Of a stretch of DNA of 57,007 nt, positions 28,656 to 38,099 are shown one piece after another. The stretch lies in the NCBI GenBank assembly GCA_964601735.1, contig CAZROO010000005.1, forward strand, positions 1 to 57,007. Reading direction: 5' to 3'. Position 1 is the first letter of the stretch. Each line of letters starts with the position of its first letter. Source of the stretch: an uncultured Pseudomonadales bacterium. Its GTDB lineage: Bacteria > Pseudomonadota > Alphaproteobacteria > UBA2136 > UBA6156. Below the pieces are notes generated by a model, which was not told the DNA's origin, ran no database searches, and was given only the letters and a program-made list of their open reading frames with translations. The position numbers and the translations under genes were made by a program.

Positions 28656-29257
28656 TGCCAGTGCCCGTGTTGCTCAGCCCAGCGCTTGGCACGGCGCGCG
28701 GTATAGGCCTGCATGGCCCTCAGCACCAGCCAGTAAAATATCGCGGCGTTAATAAAACCCAGAATCGCCGCGCCCGTCAGCGTCGGCAAAAACACCAGCT
28801 TCACCAGCGGCCACAGGTGGGCCAGTAATTTATGCCATGTCAGCCCCTCTAAAATGGTCAGCACCTTTACGTGATGAAGTCCCAGCACGCGCTGGCCCAG
28901 TTCGTAACTGCTCCACCACATCAGGGGGAACGTCCAAGGGTTGCCGACGAAGGCCCCGGCCAACCCGGCCAAAATGCTCGCCCCGGCCAGCCAGCACGTC
29001 AATATAATGGCCAGGTTATGAAACCCTAAAAACGGCGTCCAGCTTACCCATACGCCAATCGCCACCCCCAGCGCCACGCGGTGAGGGTTGTCGGCCAGAC
29101 GAAGCACCTGCAACACCATGTAGCGGAAGAACGCCCGCCAGCCCATACTCGGCCATAACACCTCAATGCCGTGGGCCCGCCAGCCTTTGCGCCTGGTTTT
29201 ATGTACCCCACGCCGCCGCCGTACACGTTTCCGGAAGAACTGGCTTAAATTCATCAC
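28652..29257 (-). CDS. DUF2062-family membrane protein
   Basis: DNPHRVALGVAIGVWVSWTPFLGFH, FVGNPWTFP; usual position between spoT and acpS. Confidence 0.85.
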   Translation of the reverse strand: MMNLSQFFRKRVRRRRGVHKTRRKGWRAHGIEVLWPSMGWRAFFRYMVLQVLRLADNPHRVALGVAIGVWVSWTPFLGFHNLAIILTCWLAGASILAGLAGAFVGNPWTFPLMWWSSYELGQRVLGLHHVKVLTILEGLTWHKLLAHLWPLVKLVFLPTLTGAAILGFINAAIFYWLVLRAMQAYTARRAKRWAEQHGHWQ

Positions 29258-29359
29258 AACTATCTAACTCAAAAATTCCAAAATTGTAACCGCTGCGCCT
29301 TAAGCCTGGAGAGCAATCGCCGGGCGGGATGGATTTTTTATTTTCTCCGGCGCCTGGGC

Positions 29360-31570
29360 TTAAGTCCAGGCGTAAATCTTCTCCACCCTCAAAACGCTTT
29401 TCAGGCCCGATAAGTGCTGAATCAGCTTGTCCAGGTGGTTTCGGTTCCTAATCTCCATCTCGCAGCGCACGCTCATCGCGTCCACGGTGCGGTGCTCGCT
29501 GGCAATGTAAATGATATTTGCATCCTGTCCGGCAATCGCAGTGGTCAGGCTGGCCAGCGCCCCGGCCTCGTTTTTAACGTGAAAACGTATGCGGCAGACG
29601 AACTGCCGGAACTTGCCTTCCTCCGCCGCCTTGCTCCAACTCACCGGCAACCAGCGGTCAGGCTGGTCCACCAGCGGCTCCAGGTTTTTGCAGGTGCGGA
29701 TGTGAACCGTCAGCCCCCGCCCGGTGGTGATAATCCCCACCACGTCCTCGCCGGGCAACGGGCTGCAACACTTGGCATAGTGTACGGCCAACCCCGACGT
29801 CACGCCTTCCAGCACCACGCCTTCGCCGCTAACCAGCGCGCCGCGCGGGGCACCTTCCTCGGTCGGCGGCTTGGCGCCGATTTTCCGGTTCGGCTTCTTC
29901 AGTGCTTCCTCGGCGGCAGCCAGAGGAAACAGCAATTCGTGAATTTGCCGCGGAAACAACCGCCCCTGCCCAACGGCCTCGAACACATCCTCCACCTTGT
30001 GGCACGGCACCGGAATCCGCTTCAGCAGTTTTTGAATATCCGCTTCCGTCCAGCGCCAGCCGTCGCGCTTGGCCGCCTTGTCCAGAATATCGCGGCCGAT
30101 ACGTATCTGCTCGACGCTCTCCTGCCCACGCAAAAAGCGGTTGATGGCCGCCCGCGCCCGCGGGCTCACCGCAATCTCGCGCCAGCCCGGATTCGGGTTC
30201 TGGTTGGGGCTGGTGATGATTTCCACCATATCGCCGTTTTCCAGTTGGCGGCGCAGCGGCACCATCGCACCGTTCACCTTGGCGCTTACAGTGTGATTGC
30301 CCACGTTACTATGCACGGCATAGGCAAAATCCAGTGGCGTGGCCCCGCGCGGCAGCTGAATCAAATCACCCATGGGCGTAAACGCAAACACGTTTTCGCT
30401 AAACAGTTCCAGCTTGGCGTTCTCGTAAAACTCCTCCGGGTCGTCCACACCCTGCAACTGCTCCATCATGTTGCGTAGCCAGCGGTAAGGACTGCTGCGC
30501 GGCTCCAGCGGGTCGGGCGCCAGCTTCACCTTGCCACCCGGCGCGGGCTTGTACAGCCAGTGCGCGGCCAGGCCGTTCTCGGCAACCTCGTGCATTTCCC
30601 GGGTTCTGATTTGAACCTCCATCCGGCTGCCGAACGGCCCCAGCACGCTGGTGTGCAAACTCTGGTAGCCGTTGGGCTTGGGCGCAGAAATATAATCCTT
30701 GAACCGCCCCGGCACGGCCTTGAAGCGGTCGTGCAGCAACCCCAGCACCTCGTAGCAGGCACGCCTGTCGTCCACCACAATCCGGTAGGCTACAATGTCG
30801 GTCAATTGGTCAAAGGCCAGGCTCTTGCGCACCATCTTCTGGTAAATGCTGTACACCGTCTTTTCCCGCCCGGTCACTTCGGCATCTATGTCCGCCTTCT
30901 TCAGTTCATCCTTCAGCGCTTCAATCACGCGCTGCATCAGGTCGTCCTGCTCGCGCCATTCTTTCATGCGCGTTTCAATCAGCTTGTATTCCTCCGGCTC
31001 CAGTACCGCAAAAGCGAGGTCTTCCAGTTCGGCCTTCACCACGTGCAAACCAATGCGGTCGGCCAGCGGCGCATAAATATCCATCGTCTCGCGGGCGGTT
31101 TTTCTCTGGCTTTCGGGCTTTTTGGCCCCGAGGGTCCGCATGTTGTGCAACCGGTCGGCCAGCTTGATGAGCAACACCCGAATGTCCTTACTCATCGCCA
31201 GCAACAGCTTGCGGAAGTTCTCCGCCTGCTCGATGCTCTTGTCCTCAAAGCTGACGCGTGAAAGCTTGGTCACGCCCTCGGTCAGTTCGGCCACCTCATG
31301 GCCAAAAATCTTCTCCAGTTCATCGTAAGTGGAAAGCGTGTCTTCCAGCGTATCGTGCAGCAGGCCTACCGCAATGCTGCTGTCATCCAGCTTCATGTCG
31401 GCCAGCACCTCGGCCACCGCCAATGGGTGGTTCAAATAAGGCTCGCCGCTGGCCCGCTTCTGGTTGCCGTGGGCTTTCATCGAATAAACATAGGCACGGT
31501 TAATCAGGCCAATGTCGGCCTTCGGGTTATATCCACGGATTTTCTCAATCAAGGCATACTGACGAAGCAT
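29360..31570 (-). CDS. spoT: Bifunctional (p)ppGpp synthetase/hydrolase (Rsh/SpoT)
   Basis: RASGEPY..HP, LHDTLEDT (HD), KLADRLHN, KPNGYQSLHT, TGS (FTP.GD), HYAKCC, ACT; start set at MLRQY. Confidence 0.97.
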   Translation of the reverse strand: MLRQYALIEKIRGYNPKADIGLINRAYVYSMKAHGNQKRASGEPYLNHPLAVAEVLADMKLDDSSIAVGLLHDTLEDTLSTYDELEKIFGHEVAELTEGVTKLSRVSFEDKSIEQAENFRKLLLAMSKDIRVLLIKLADRLHNMRTLGAKKPESQRKTARETMDIYAPLADRIGLHVVKAELEDLAFAVLEPEEYKLIETRMKEWREQDDLMQRVIEALKDELKKADIDAEVTGREKTVYSIYQKMVRKSLAFDQLTDIVAYRIVVDDRRACYEVLGLLHDRFKAVPGRFKDYISAPKPNGYQSLHTSVLGPFGSRMEVQIRTREMHEVAENGLAAHWLYKPAPGGKVKLAPDPLEPRSSPYRWLRNMMEQLQGVDDPEEFYENAKLELFSENVFAFTPMGDLIQLPRGATPLDFAYAVHSNVGNHTVSAKVNGAMVPLRRQLENGDMVEIITSPNQNPNPGWREIAVSPRARAAINRFLRGQESVEQIRIGRDILDKAAKRDGWRWTEADIQKLLKRIPVPCHKVEDVFEAVGQGRLFPRQIHELLFPLAAAEEALKKPNRKIGAKPPTEEGAPRGALVSGEGVVLEGVTSGLAVHYAKCCSPLPGEDVVGIITTGRGLTVHIRTCKNLEPLVDQPDRWLPVSWSKAAEEGKFRQFVCRIRFHVKNEAGALASLTTAIAGQDANIIYIASEHRTVDAMSVRCEMEIRNRNHLDKLIQHLSGLKSVLRVEKIYAWT

Positions 31571-31821
31571 CCTTGCAGTATGCCACAAAAAAACGCCCCC
31601 CACACTGCCAGAGCGTCACCGTTCGGCTCGCCGACGTGTCGATTTTACCCCCTCAACTCCCTCCCCGACCATATTGTATACAACAAACGGGGCCACTAGC
31701 CCAAAATCGCGTTCCAGCCCCGTGTTTTTCAATCATTTATAATCAAAACAATAACTTAACACCCTTGCCAATCCAACCCCAGCGCGCTACTTATTTAGGC
31801 AGTTAGGGGGTTCTAAAGTAA

Positions 31822-32346
31822 ATGCCGGCTCGTAAGCGTGCGTATCAACAGGGTAATTTGGACGGTCTCTGCGGCCTGTACGCGATTACCAATGCCTTCC
31901 GCCGCACCGCCGATCTGCCCCAGTCCGAGGCCAAAAAGCTTTTCCACTACATGGTCAGGGCCCACAAGGACGAAATTCCGTCCTACATGCGCCACGGCAC
32001 CACCAGCGGCGAGCTGATGCCCTTCCTCAAGTCCGCCCGCGACTGGGTCAAGCGCAACCACAACATCAAAATAAGCTGGGAATACCGCGGAAAAGACGAA
32101 ATCCGCAGCGTCAGTTCGCTGCAAAAAATCGTCGCCCGGCACCTCCGCAAGCGCCGCGGCACGGTCATCGCGGGCAGCAGCTTCCACTGGACGGTCGTCC
32201 ACCAGCGCCAGGACAACCTCTGGTTCGTCGATGATTCCGACGGCTACGAATTCTGGTACACCACCAGCAAAAAGTGGGCCCACAAGCCGCCCCTGCTCAT
32301 CGACCGCCCAACCCTGATGGGCTTCTTCCTCGAACGCGAAAACTAG
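31822..32346 (+). CDS. Putative papain-fold cysteine peptidase (C39/Josephin-like motif order)
   Basis: QQGNLDGLCGLYAITNA ... FHWTVV ... WFVDDSDG gives a Q/C/H/D arrangement. Confidence 0.65.
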   Translation: MPARKRAYQQGNLDGLCGLYAITNAFRRTADLPQSEAKKLFHYMVRAHKDEIPSYMRHGTTSGELMPFLKSARDWVKRNHNIKISWEYRGKDEIRSVSSLQKIVARHLRKRRGTVIAGSSFHWTVVHQRQDNLWFVDDSDGYEFWYTTSKKWAHKPPLLIDRPTLMGFFLEREN

Positions 32347-32438
32347 GCTACCACCTTGCCAACGCCCCCACAGGGGCGTATTTTTGCGCCCAACTTTAAA
32401 TCTTGCGCTTTTTTCCACCTCTTTTCAAGGATACCGCC

Positions 32439-32795
32439 ATGTTACAAAAGCCTCGGCGTTTCTGCGCGTGTTTCTGCAAGGTCGGCAACCTCACCGGGCT
32501 GGCTATCGCTTTCTTGGGCGGTTTGCTCTGGGGCATGTTCTTCGCCAGTATTTTCTTGCCGTTCCTCGACGCCTGCAAACTCGGCAGTTTGGTTGGCAGC
32601 GGTAATGCCTTATTAGGCTGGCTGCCTTATACGCTTTATCGCACATGGGCCGAAATCCGCCCAAAGCCGCCACCCTTGCAGGTCACCTACCAGCCGGTTT
32701 ACCCCGACCCCACTATCCACGACATGACCAACATCGTGTTCTTTCCAACCAAACATGACATAAGCCGCCGCGATTTCCCCTCCTCCGCCGCATAG
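32439..32795 (+). CDS. Hypothetical membrane protein (~118 aa, two TM)
   Basis: AAGGA RBS before MLQK; two hydrophobic stretches. Confidence 0.6.
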   Translation: MLQKPRRFCACFCKVGNLTGLAIAFLGGLLWGMFFASIFLPFLDACKLGSLVGSGNALLGWLPYTLYRTWAEIRPKPPPLQVTYQPVYPDPTIHDMTNIVFFPTKHDISRRDFPSSAA

Positions 32796-32801
32796 GCAAA
32801 A

Positions 32802-32827
32802 GAAAGCCGCCCTTCGGGGCGGCTTTC
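32802..32827. terminator. Bidirectional terminator
   Basis: GAAAGCCGCCC-TTCG-GGGCGGCTTTC. Confidence 0.9.
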
Positions 32828-32840
32828 ACATTTGAGAATA

Positions 32841-33311
32841 TTAGAAATTCTCGCCTTCGGTCGGCGGGGTAAAGTCCTCACCACCTTCACCGGGCATGTC
32901 GGTGGTAAAGTCGATGCTTTCCCCGGCGTCGCCTTCAAAGGCCTCGCCATCTTCGCTCATTTCCATGGCACCGGCAGTGCTGTCGAACACCACGTCGTTA
33001 ATCGCGGCGGCGGTGGCATTGTTGGGCATTTCAATTTCACCCTGGGCGGCAATGGCCAGCAGGCTTTCATCTTCGGCAGAGAGGTCGTCGGTGCGGTTCA
33101 CGCCGTGGGCGATGTGCGCACGCAGGCTGTCCAGTTCAACCTTCTGGTCGGCAATCTCGCGCAAAGCCACAACAGGGTTTTTGTCGTTATCGCGTTCAAC
33201 AGCGATGGTACTGCCGCTGGCAATGTCGCGGGCACGCTGGGCAGCCAAAAGCACCAGTTCGTAACGGTTGGGAACGACTTCAATGCAATCTTCGACGGTG
33301 ACACGGGCCAT
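32841..33311 (-). CDS. rpoZ: RNA polymerase omega subunit with acidic tail
   Basis: [35 protein letters not shown]. Confidence 0.97.
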   Translation of the reverse strand: MARVTVEDCIEVVPNRYELVLLAAQRARDIASGSTIAVERDNDKNPVVALREIADQKVELDSLRAHIAHGVNRTDDLSAEDESLLAIAAQGEIEMPNNATAAAINDVVFDSTAGAMEMSEDGEAFEGDAGESIDFTTDMPGEGGEDFTPPTEGENF

Positions 33312-33373
33312 ATTGCGCTATTTCTCCACTTATCCTGCCCATTTAGGGTCTATTCCTCACCCTGTCAAGCGAG

Positions 33374-33447
33374 CAGGCGTCAGGAACCGGGTAACAGGTT
33401 ACAGGCTTAGCATTCCTGATATCTGTTTCCTGCCTCCTGTTACCTAG
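33374..33447. repeat. Inverted pair of degenerate heptamer arrays
   Basis: CAGGCGT-CAGGAAC-CGGGTAA-CAGGTTA-CAGGCTT opposite TTCCTGA-TATCTGT-TTCCTGC-CTCCTGT-TACCTAG; the last unit contains the stop codon at 33444-33446. Confidence 0.7.
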
Positions 33448-33908
33448 GAATTATTCACGCGAAGCGTGAATAATTCCCCCCAGCTCCCCTGAACCGCCCG
33501 CAGCGCCCCAATCAACACCACCGCTCCACGCGGCACCACCACTAAACCCGGCAAAACCGCCAGAATCGCCTCCACCATCAACCCCAGAACCGGGTTAAAA
33601 CCTTCCTTGTCGCCCTCAATCCCCACCCGCAGGCGCCCGGTGGCCTCCTTGGGCATGAACAGCACGTCAGCCCCGGCCTCGCGCACAATCGCCGCAATCC
33701 CGGGCGGCGGCACCGTGCCGGGCGCCAGCCGAACCGCCACCACCCGGTCGCAAAGCTTGGCCGCCTCTTTCAGCGCGCCAAGTTCGGCCGCCGTCGGCGC
33801 GGCAGAAACAAACCCCATCGCCCAACTGGTATCTGCTGTTTGCCCAGGCCAATTAGCCAGAACATCCGCCAGTTGATTCCGCGTCAGCGCAACAACAGCC
33901 TCAGCCAT
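33444..33908 (-). CDS. Degenerate pantoate-beta-alanine ligase (PanC)-like N-terminal domain lacking catalytic motifs
   Basis: MGFV...A.KLCDRVVAV, EAGADVLFMP and ILAVLPG track the PanC Rossmann domain; HxGH and the C-terminal domain are missing. Confidence 0.6.
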   Translation of the reverse strand: MAEAVVALTRNQLADVLANWPGQTADTSWAMGFVSAAPTAAELGALKEAAKLCDRVVAVRLAPGTVPPPGIAAIVREAGADVLFMPKEATGRLRVGIEGDKEGFNPVLGLMVEAILAVLPGLVVVPRGAVVLIGALRAVQGSWGELFTLRVNNS

Positions 33909-34025
33909 TAAAAGCCCCCAGGGCCAAAGGCCCCTTCATACAGCCATGCGAAGCATTCCTTTTTGGGCGAGCCCGCAGCGATTGGGGTTGGGGTCCCAAT
34001 CGCAAGAATGGCAGCGAGTCCACCC

Positions 34026-34063
34026 CCCTCTGAGCCTCTGACCCTCTCACCCTCTTATCCTTT
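34026..34063. repeat. Octamer tandem array across the smpB stop codon
   Basis: CCCTCTGA-GCCTCTGA-CCCTCTCA-CCCTCTTA-TCCTTT. Confidence 0.75.
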
Positions 34064-34549
34064 ACGTTTTCCGCCCTTGAAAATCCGGGCCACCTCTCGT
34101 TCAGACTCCCGCTTCTTGATGGTCTCACGCTTGTCCACGGTCTTCTTGCCCTTCCCAATCGCCAGCACCACCTTGGCAAAACCCTTCTTCCACACCAGCA
34201 TGGTCGGTACAATCGTCAGGCCCTGCTGCTCACGCGCCGCCCGCAGCTTCTTCAATTCGCTCTTGTGCAGCAAAATCTTCCGGCTCCGCCGCTCGTCATA
34301 GGGCTCGCCAAACCCGCCGCCCACCGGCTGCCCGGCATGCTTGTAGGGGGCGATATGCGCCCCGATAAGCCACAACTCCCCGCGGGAGAAACTCGCATAA
34401 GCCTCGTTCACCGTCGCACCGCCGTCACGGATGCTCTTGATCTCCGCCCCGGTCAGCACCAGCCCGCCCTCGTAAAACTCCAGTAACTCGTAATTGAACC
34501 GTGCCCGCCGGTTCTCGGTAATTACGTTGTCGCCACGTTTCTTTGCCAT
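34055..34549 (-). CDS. smpB: SsrA-binding protein
   Basis: NRRARFNYE, GLVLTGAEIKS, RSRKILLHK, GKGKKTVDKRETIK. Confidence 0.97.
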   Translation of the reverse strand: MAKKRGDNVITENRRARFNYELLEFYEGGLVLTGAEIKSIRDGGATVNEAYASFSRGELWLIGAHIAPYKHAGQPVGGGFGEPYDERRSRKILLHKSELKKLRAAREQQGLTIVPTMLVWKKGFAKVVLAIGKGKKTVDKRETIKKRESEREVARIFKGGKRKG

Positions 34550-34552
34550 AAT

Positions 34553-37500
34553 TTAGGCTTGTAACACGTCAGCGGCGGCGGCTTCCACCAGCTTTTCAAG
34601 CTCCTTCACCACCCACGCCACCACCTTCAACTGCGCATCCCCGGCAGGAATCGGCTTGTGCCAAACGAGAGCCTGCCCGTCCTTCTCCTGCCGCACCTGC
34701 AGCACGCCCGCGTTGTTGATGATATACGTCATCAGCTGCGGCGCCGCAGCAAACACGCCCTTGTGGAAAGCCACCACCACCCCGCGCTCGCCCACTTCCA
34801 GGCGCGAAATGTTCAGCGCCGCAGCCCGGTTACGCAACTCCATCACGTCCAGCAACCGCTCCACCTCGGCGGGCACGGTCCCAAACCGGTCGGCCAGCTC
34901 GCGGCGGAAGCCATCAATATCCTCCTTACCCTGCAGCCCGGCCAGCCGCCGGTACAGCTGCAACCGCACCGCCGCATCGCCCACATAATTGTCGGGAATC
35001 AGATATGTCACCCCCACCTTCAACGAAACATTGGGCCTTTCACTCTCTTCTTCCCTCTGACCCTCTGACCCTCTCATCCTCTGAGCCTTCCGGGAGGCGA
35101 CAGCCTCTCGGAGCATCTTGGCATAAAGCTCAAACCCGATATCCCGGATATGCCCGCTCTGCTGCTTGCCCAGCAAATTGCCGAAGCCACGCAAATCCAT
35201 ATCGTAACTGGCGAGCGTAAACCCGGCGCCCAACCCTTCCAGCCGCTGCAGAATCTCCAGCCGCTTGGCCGCATCCGCGCCCACGTGCGGCGGGAGGATG
35301 AAATACGCAAACGCCCGCGCCGTGCTCCGCCCCACACGCCCGCGCAACTGATACAACTGGCTCAACCCAAACCGGTCAGCCCGATACACAATCAGCGTAT
35401 TCGCCTTCGGCACGTCCAGCCCGCTCTCGATAATCGTGGTCGCCAGCAGCACATCCATCTCACCGGCATAAAAGTCGACCATAACTTTTTCCAGATCACC
35501 TTCCGCCATCTGGCCGTGCGCCACACCCAGCCGCGCCTCTGGCACCAGCGTGTTGATATCATTCTCCAGCTCGCTCAAATCCTCAATGTGCGGCGCCACC
35601 ACATACACCTGCCCGCCACGCCCCAGCTCGCGCCGAATAGCCTCCCGCAGCGTCACGTTGTCCCACGCCAGCACATGGGTCTGCACCGCACGCCTGTCCA
35701 CCGGCGGCGTCGCAATCAGGCTCAACTGGCGCACGCCGCCCACCGCCATCTGCAACGTGCGTGGAATCGGCGTCGCCGTCAGCGTCAAAACATCGCAACC
35801 GGCCTTTTTCTCCTTCAGCCTCTCCTTGTGCGCAACACCAAAGCGCTGCTCTTCGTCCACCACAATCATGCCGAGTTTCTTGAACTTCACATCACTCGAA
35901 AGCAGCGCATGCGTCCCCACCACAATGTCAATCTCGCCGCTCTCCAGGCCGGCCTTCACGCGCCGCGCTTCCGCCGCACCAACAAGCCTGCTCAACCCGC
36001 CCACTTGCATGGGAAAGCCACTAAACCGGTTGCGGAATACATCCAAATGCTGCCGCGCCAGTAACGTCGTCGGGCACACAATCGCCACCTGCCGCCCGGC
36101 TGCCGCCACCAAAAACGCCGCCCGCAACGCCACCTCGGTTTTGCCGAAACCCACGTCGCCCACAACCAACCTGTCCATCGGCGTGCCCAGCGCCAAATCC
36201 GCTTCCACCTCTTCCATCACCTGCTGCTGGTCGTCGGTCAGGTCAAACGGAAAACCCGCGCAAAACTCGTCATAAAGCCCATCAGCCCGGGCAACCGGAG
36301 GCCGCTGTACCAACTCACGCTCGGCGGCAATCGCCATCAAGCCATCGGCCATCTCCAGCAGGTCAACGCGGACTTTCTCCTTCCGCGCCTCCCAGCCGCC
36401 CGTCCCCAAACGGTCAAGCGTCACATTCTCCGCCTCACCGCCTTTGTACCGGCTCAGCACATCCAGGTTCGCCACCGGCACCAGCAACCGGTCATCGCCC
36501 GCATAAACCAGCCGCAGAAAATCCTGCTTCGTGCCACTACCCATATCCAGCGTAACCAGCCCGGCAAACTTCCCAATCCCGTGCTGTTCATGCACTACAA
36601 AATCGCCGTCATGAAGCTCACTGAAATGCGCAATAATCTCCTCCGGCGTCCGCCGTTTGCGCCGCCGCGCCCCACCCACCTTGCGGCCAAAAACATCCCC
36701 CTCGGCCACAATCATTTTCTTGTTGAGGCTATCCACCCACCCCGCCGCAAAAGGCGCAACCGCAGGCAGGATAATAGGGTGAGAAGATGAGAAGGCACGA
36801 GGAGTCAACGCTTCCGCTAACGTAATATCCTTCCTCTTATCCTCTAACCCTCTCAACCTCTCATCCTCGCCCGCAAGGGCGCGCATCAGTTGCTCCAGCG
36901 CGGGCTCGGTCGCGGCGGTCAGCACAACGCTCCAGCCATCCGCCAATCGCCGTCCAACTTCCTTCCCCGCCGCCTGCGCCGCTTCATGCCGGTTCCCGCG
37001 CGTCGCCAGCACCCAGCCGTGCTCACGCAACTGCGCATCGCCCACGCCCTTGTCGGCAAATCGGCTCACCACCAGTTGCGCAAATTTGCCCAAGCCGCCT
37101 TTCAGTTCCGAAGCCCCCACGCACAACGCCTGCGGCTCCACCGCCCGCAAAGCGGCAGACTCTCCCCGCGCCGCATGCGCTTCGCGTACGCTCTCTTCCC
37201 ACAGGTCGGCCAGCTCACCCAAACTGTCGGGCACTATAATAAGAGAATCATCCGGCAACAGGTCGGCAAACGCGGGCAGCGCCTCCTCATAAAACAGCGG
37301 CAATAACTGCGCGGCATAAGGCGGCATCTGCCCGGCGCTCACCATCGCATAGGCTTCGTCGTCGGTGGCCTCGGCGCCAAACGCCTCACGGTACTGGCGG
37401 CGGAAAACCTCCATCCGGCCGTCATCCAGCACCGCCTCGCGCACCGGCGCAATCCGCCACACCTTGGCCCCGGCACCCGGCGTGCTGGTCTGCGTCGCCG

Positions 37501-38095
37501 GGTCAAACGGGCGGATGCTCTCGATCTCATCGTCAAACCACTCTACCCGCAACGGGTATTCGCTGGCGGCGGGCCACACGTCCAGCACGCCGCCGCGTCG
37601 GGCAAACTGCCCCATCGCATCCACCTGCACCCTCGGCTCATAGCCTAGCGCCACCAGTTTTTCGGCCACCGCCTCCGGCGCCACCACCATATCAACCGCC
37701 AGATGCAAGGCGCTGGTACCCACCACCGGCGGCAACCGAACCCCCAGCGCCGCCACACTCGTCACAATAAGCAGCGAATCCTTGCTACCACCGATAATTG
37801 ATAGCTGATTACTGATGACCAATCTCTGCGCCGCCACTTCGGCGTTCGGCCCCAACCGGTCATAAGGCTGCACGTCCCACGCCGGAAACTCCACCACCTC
37901 ACGCTCCGGCAGCAACGCCCGCAAGCCCTCGGTCACGTCGTCCACCATGCCGGGCTCGGGGCACACCACCACCAGCGTTTTGGCCTTAACCTGGGTCTTT
38001 ACCAAAAAGGCAAGATACGGCCATGCCGCTGCGGGCACATTCCCCACCGCCACACGTCGCTCACTTGCCAAAGGTTTTAAAAAATCAACGGCCAT
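34553..38095 (-). CDS. mfd: Transcription-repair coupling factor with repeat-derived in-frame inserts
   Basis: FPAWDVQPYD, RGGVLDVWP, VVHEQHGIG, GDVGFGKTEVA, DEEQRFGV, LYQLRGRVGRS, TRCF domain. Confidence 0.97.
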   Translation of the reverse strand: MAVDFLKPLASERRVAVGNVPAAAWPYLAFLVKTQVKAKTLVVVCPEPGMVDDVTEGLRALLPEREVVEFPAWDVQPYDRLGPNAEVAAQRLVISNQLSIIGGSKDSLLIVTSVAALGVRLPPVVGTSALHLAVDMVVAPEAVAEKLVALGYEPRVQVDAMGQFARRGGVLDVWPAASEYPLRVEWFDDEIESIRPFDPATQTSTPGAGAKVWRIAPVREAVLDDGRMEVFRRQYREAFGAEATDDEAYAMVSAGQMPPYAAQLLPLFYEEALPAFADLLPDDSLIIVPDSLGELADLWEESVREAHAARGESAALRAVEPQALCVGASELKGGLGKFAQLVVSRFADKGVGDAQLREHGWVLATRGNRHEAAQAAGKEVGRRLADGWSVVLTAATEPALEQLMRALAGEDERLRGLEDKRKDITLAEALTPRAFSSSHPIILPAVAPFAAGWVDSLNKKMIVAEGDVFGRKVGGARRRKRRTPEEIIAHFSELHDGDFVVHEQHGIGKFAGLVTLDMGSGTKQDFLRLVYAGDDRLLVPVANLDVLSRYKGGEAENVTLDRLGTGGWEARKEKVRVDLLEMADGLMAIAAERELVQRPPVARADGLYDEFCAGFPFDLTDDQQQVMEEVEADLALGTPMDRLVVGDVGFGKTEVALRAAFLVAAAGRQVAIVCPTTLLARQHLDVFRNRFSGFPMQVGGLSRLVGAAEARRVKAGLESGEIDIVVGTHALLSSDVKFKKLGMIVVDEEQRFGVAHKERLKEKKAGCDVLTLTATPIPRTLQMAVGGVRQLSLIATPPVDRRAVQTHVLAWDNVTLREAIRRELGRGGQVYVVAPHIEDLSELENDINTLVPEARLGVAHGQMAEGDLEKVMVDFYAGEMDVLLATTIIESGLDVPKANTLIVYRADRFGLSQLYQLRGRVGRSTARAFAYFILPPHVGADAAKRLEILQRLEGLGAGFTLASYDMDLRGFGNLLGKQQSGHIRDIGFELYAKMLREAVASRKAQRMRGSEGQREEESERPNVSLKVGVTYLIPDNYVGDAAVRLQLYRRLAGLQGKEDIDGFRRELADRFGTVPAEVERLLDVMELRNRAAALNISRLEVGERGVVVAFHKGVFAAAPQLMTYIINNAGVLQVRQEKDGQALVWHKPIPAGDAQLKVVAWVVKELEKLVEAAAADVLQA
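35053..35090. repeat. Octamer array in-frame within mfd (encodes KAQRMRGSEGQR)
   Basis: CCCTCTGA-CCCTCTGA-CCCTCTCA-TCCTCTGA-GCCTTC. Confidence 0.75.
36768..36868. repeat. Inverted pair of octamer arrays in-frame within mfd
   Basis: Coding strand GAGGATGA-GAGGTTGA-GAGGGTTA-GAGGATAA-GAGGAAGG, loop, then CCTCGTGC-CTTCTCAT-CTTCTCAC-CCTATTAT-CCT; encodes EDERLRGLEDKRK...PRAFSSSHP. Confidence 0.7.
37791..37818. repeat. Heptamer array in-frame within mfd (encodes VISNQLSIIG)
   Basis: Coding strand TCATCAG-TAATCAG-CTATCAA-TTATCGG; AT-rich compared with the flanks. Confidence 0.6.
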
Positions 38096-38099
38096 AAAT

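Noticed and set aside
29350-29372. Hairpin across the spoT stop codon (GCCTGGGC-TTAA-GTCCAGGC)
   Set aside because: Short, mismatched on the mRNA strand and without a U-tract; insufficient support
33909-34054. tmRNA (ssrA) next to smpB
   Set aside because: No tRNA-like T-arm or CCA acceptor end, and no permuted tmRNA 5' signature
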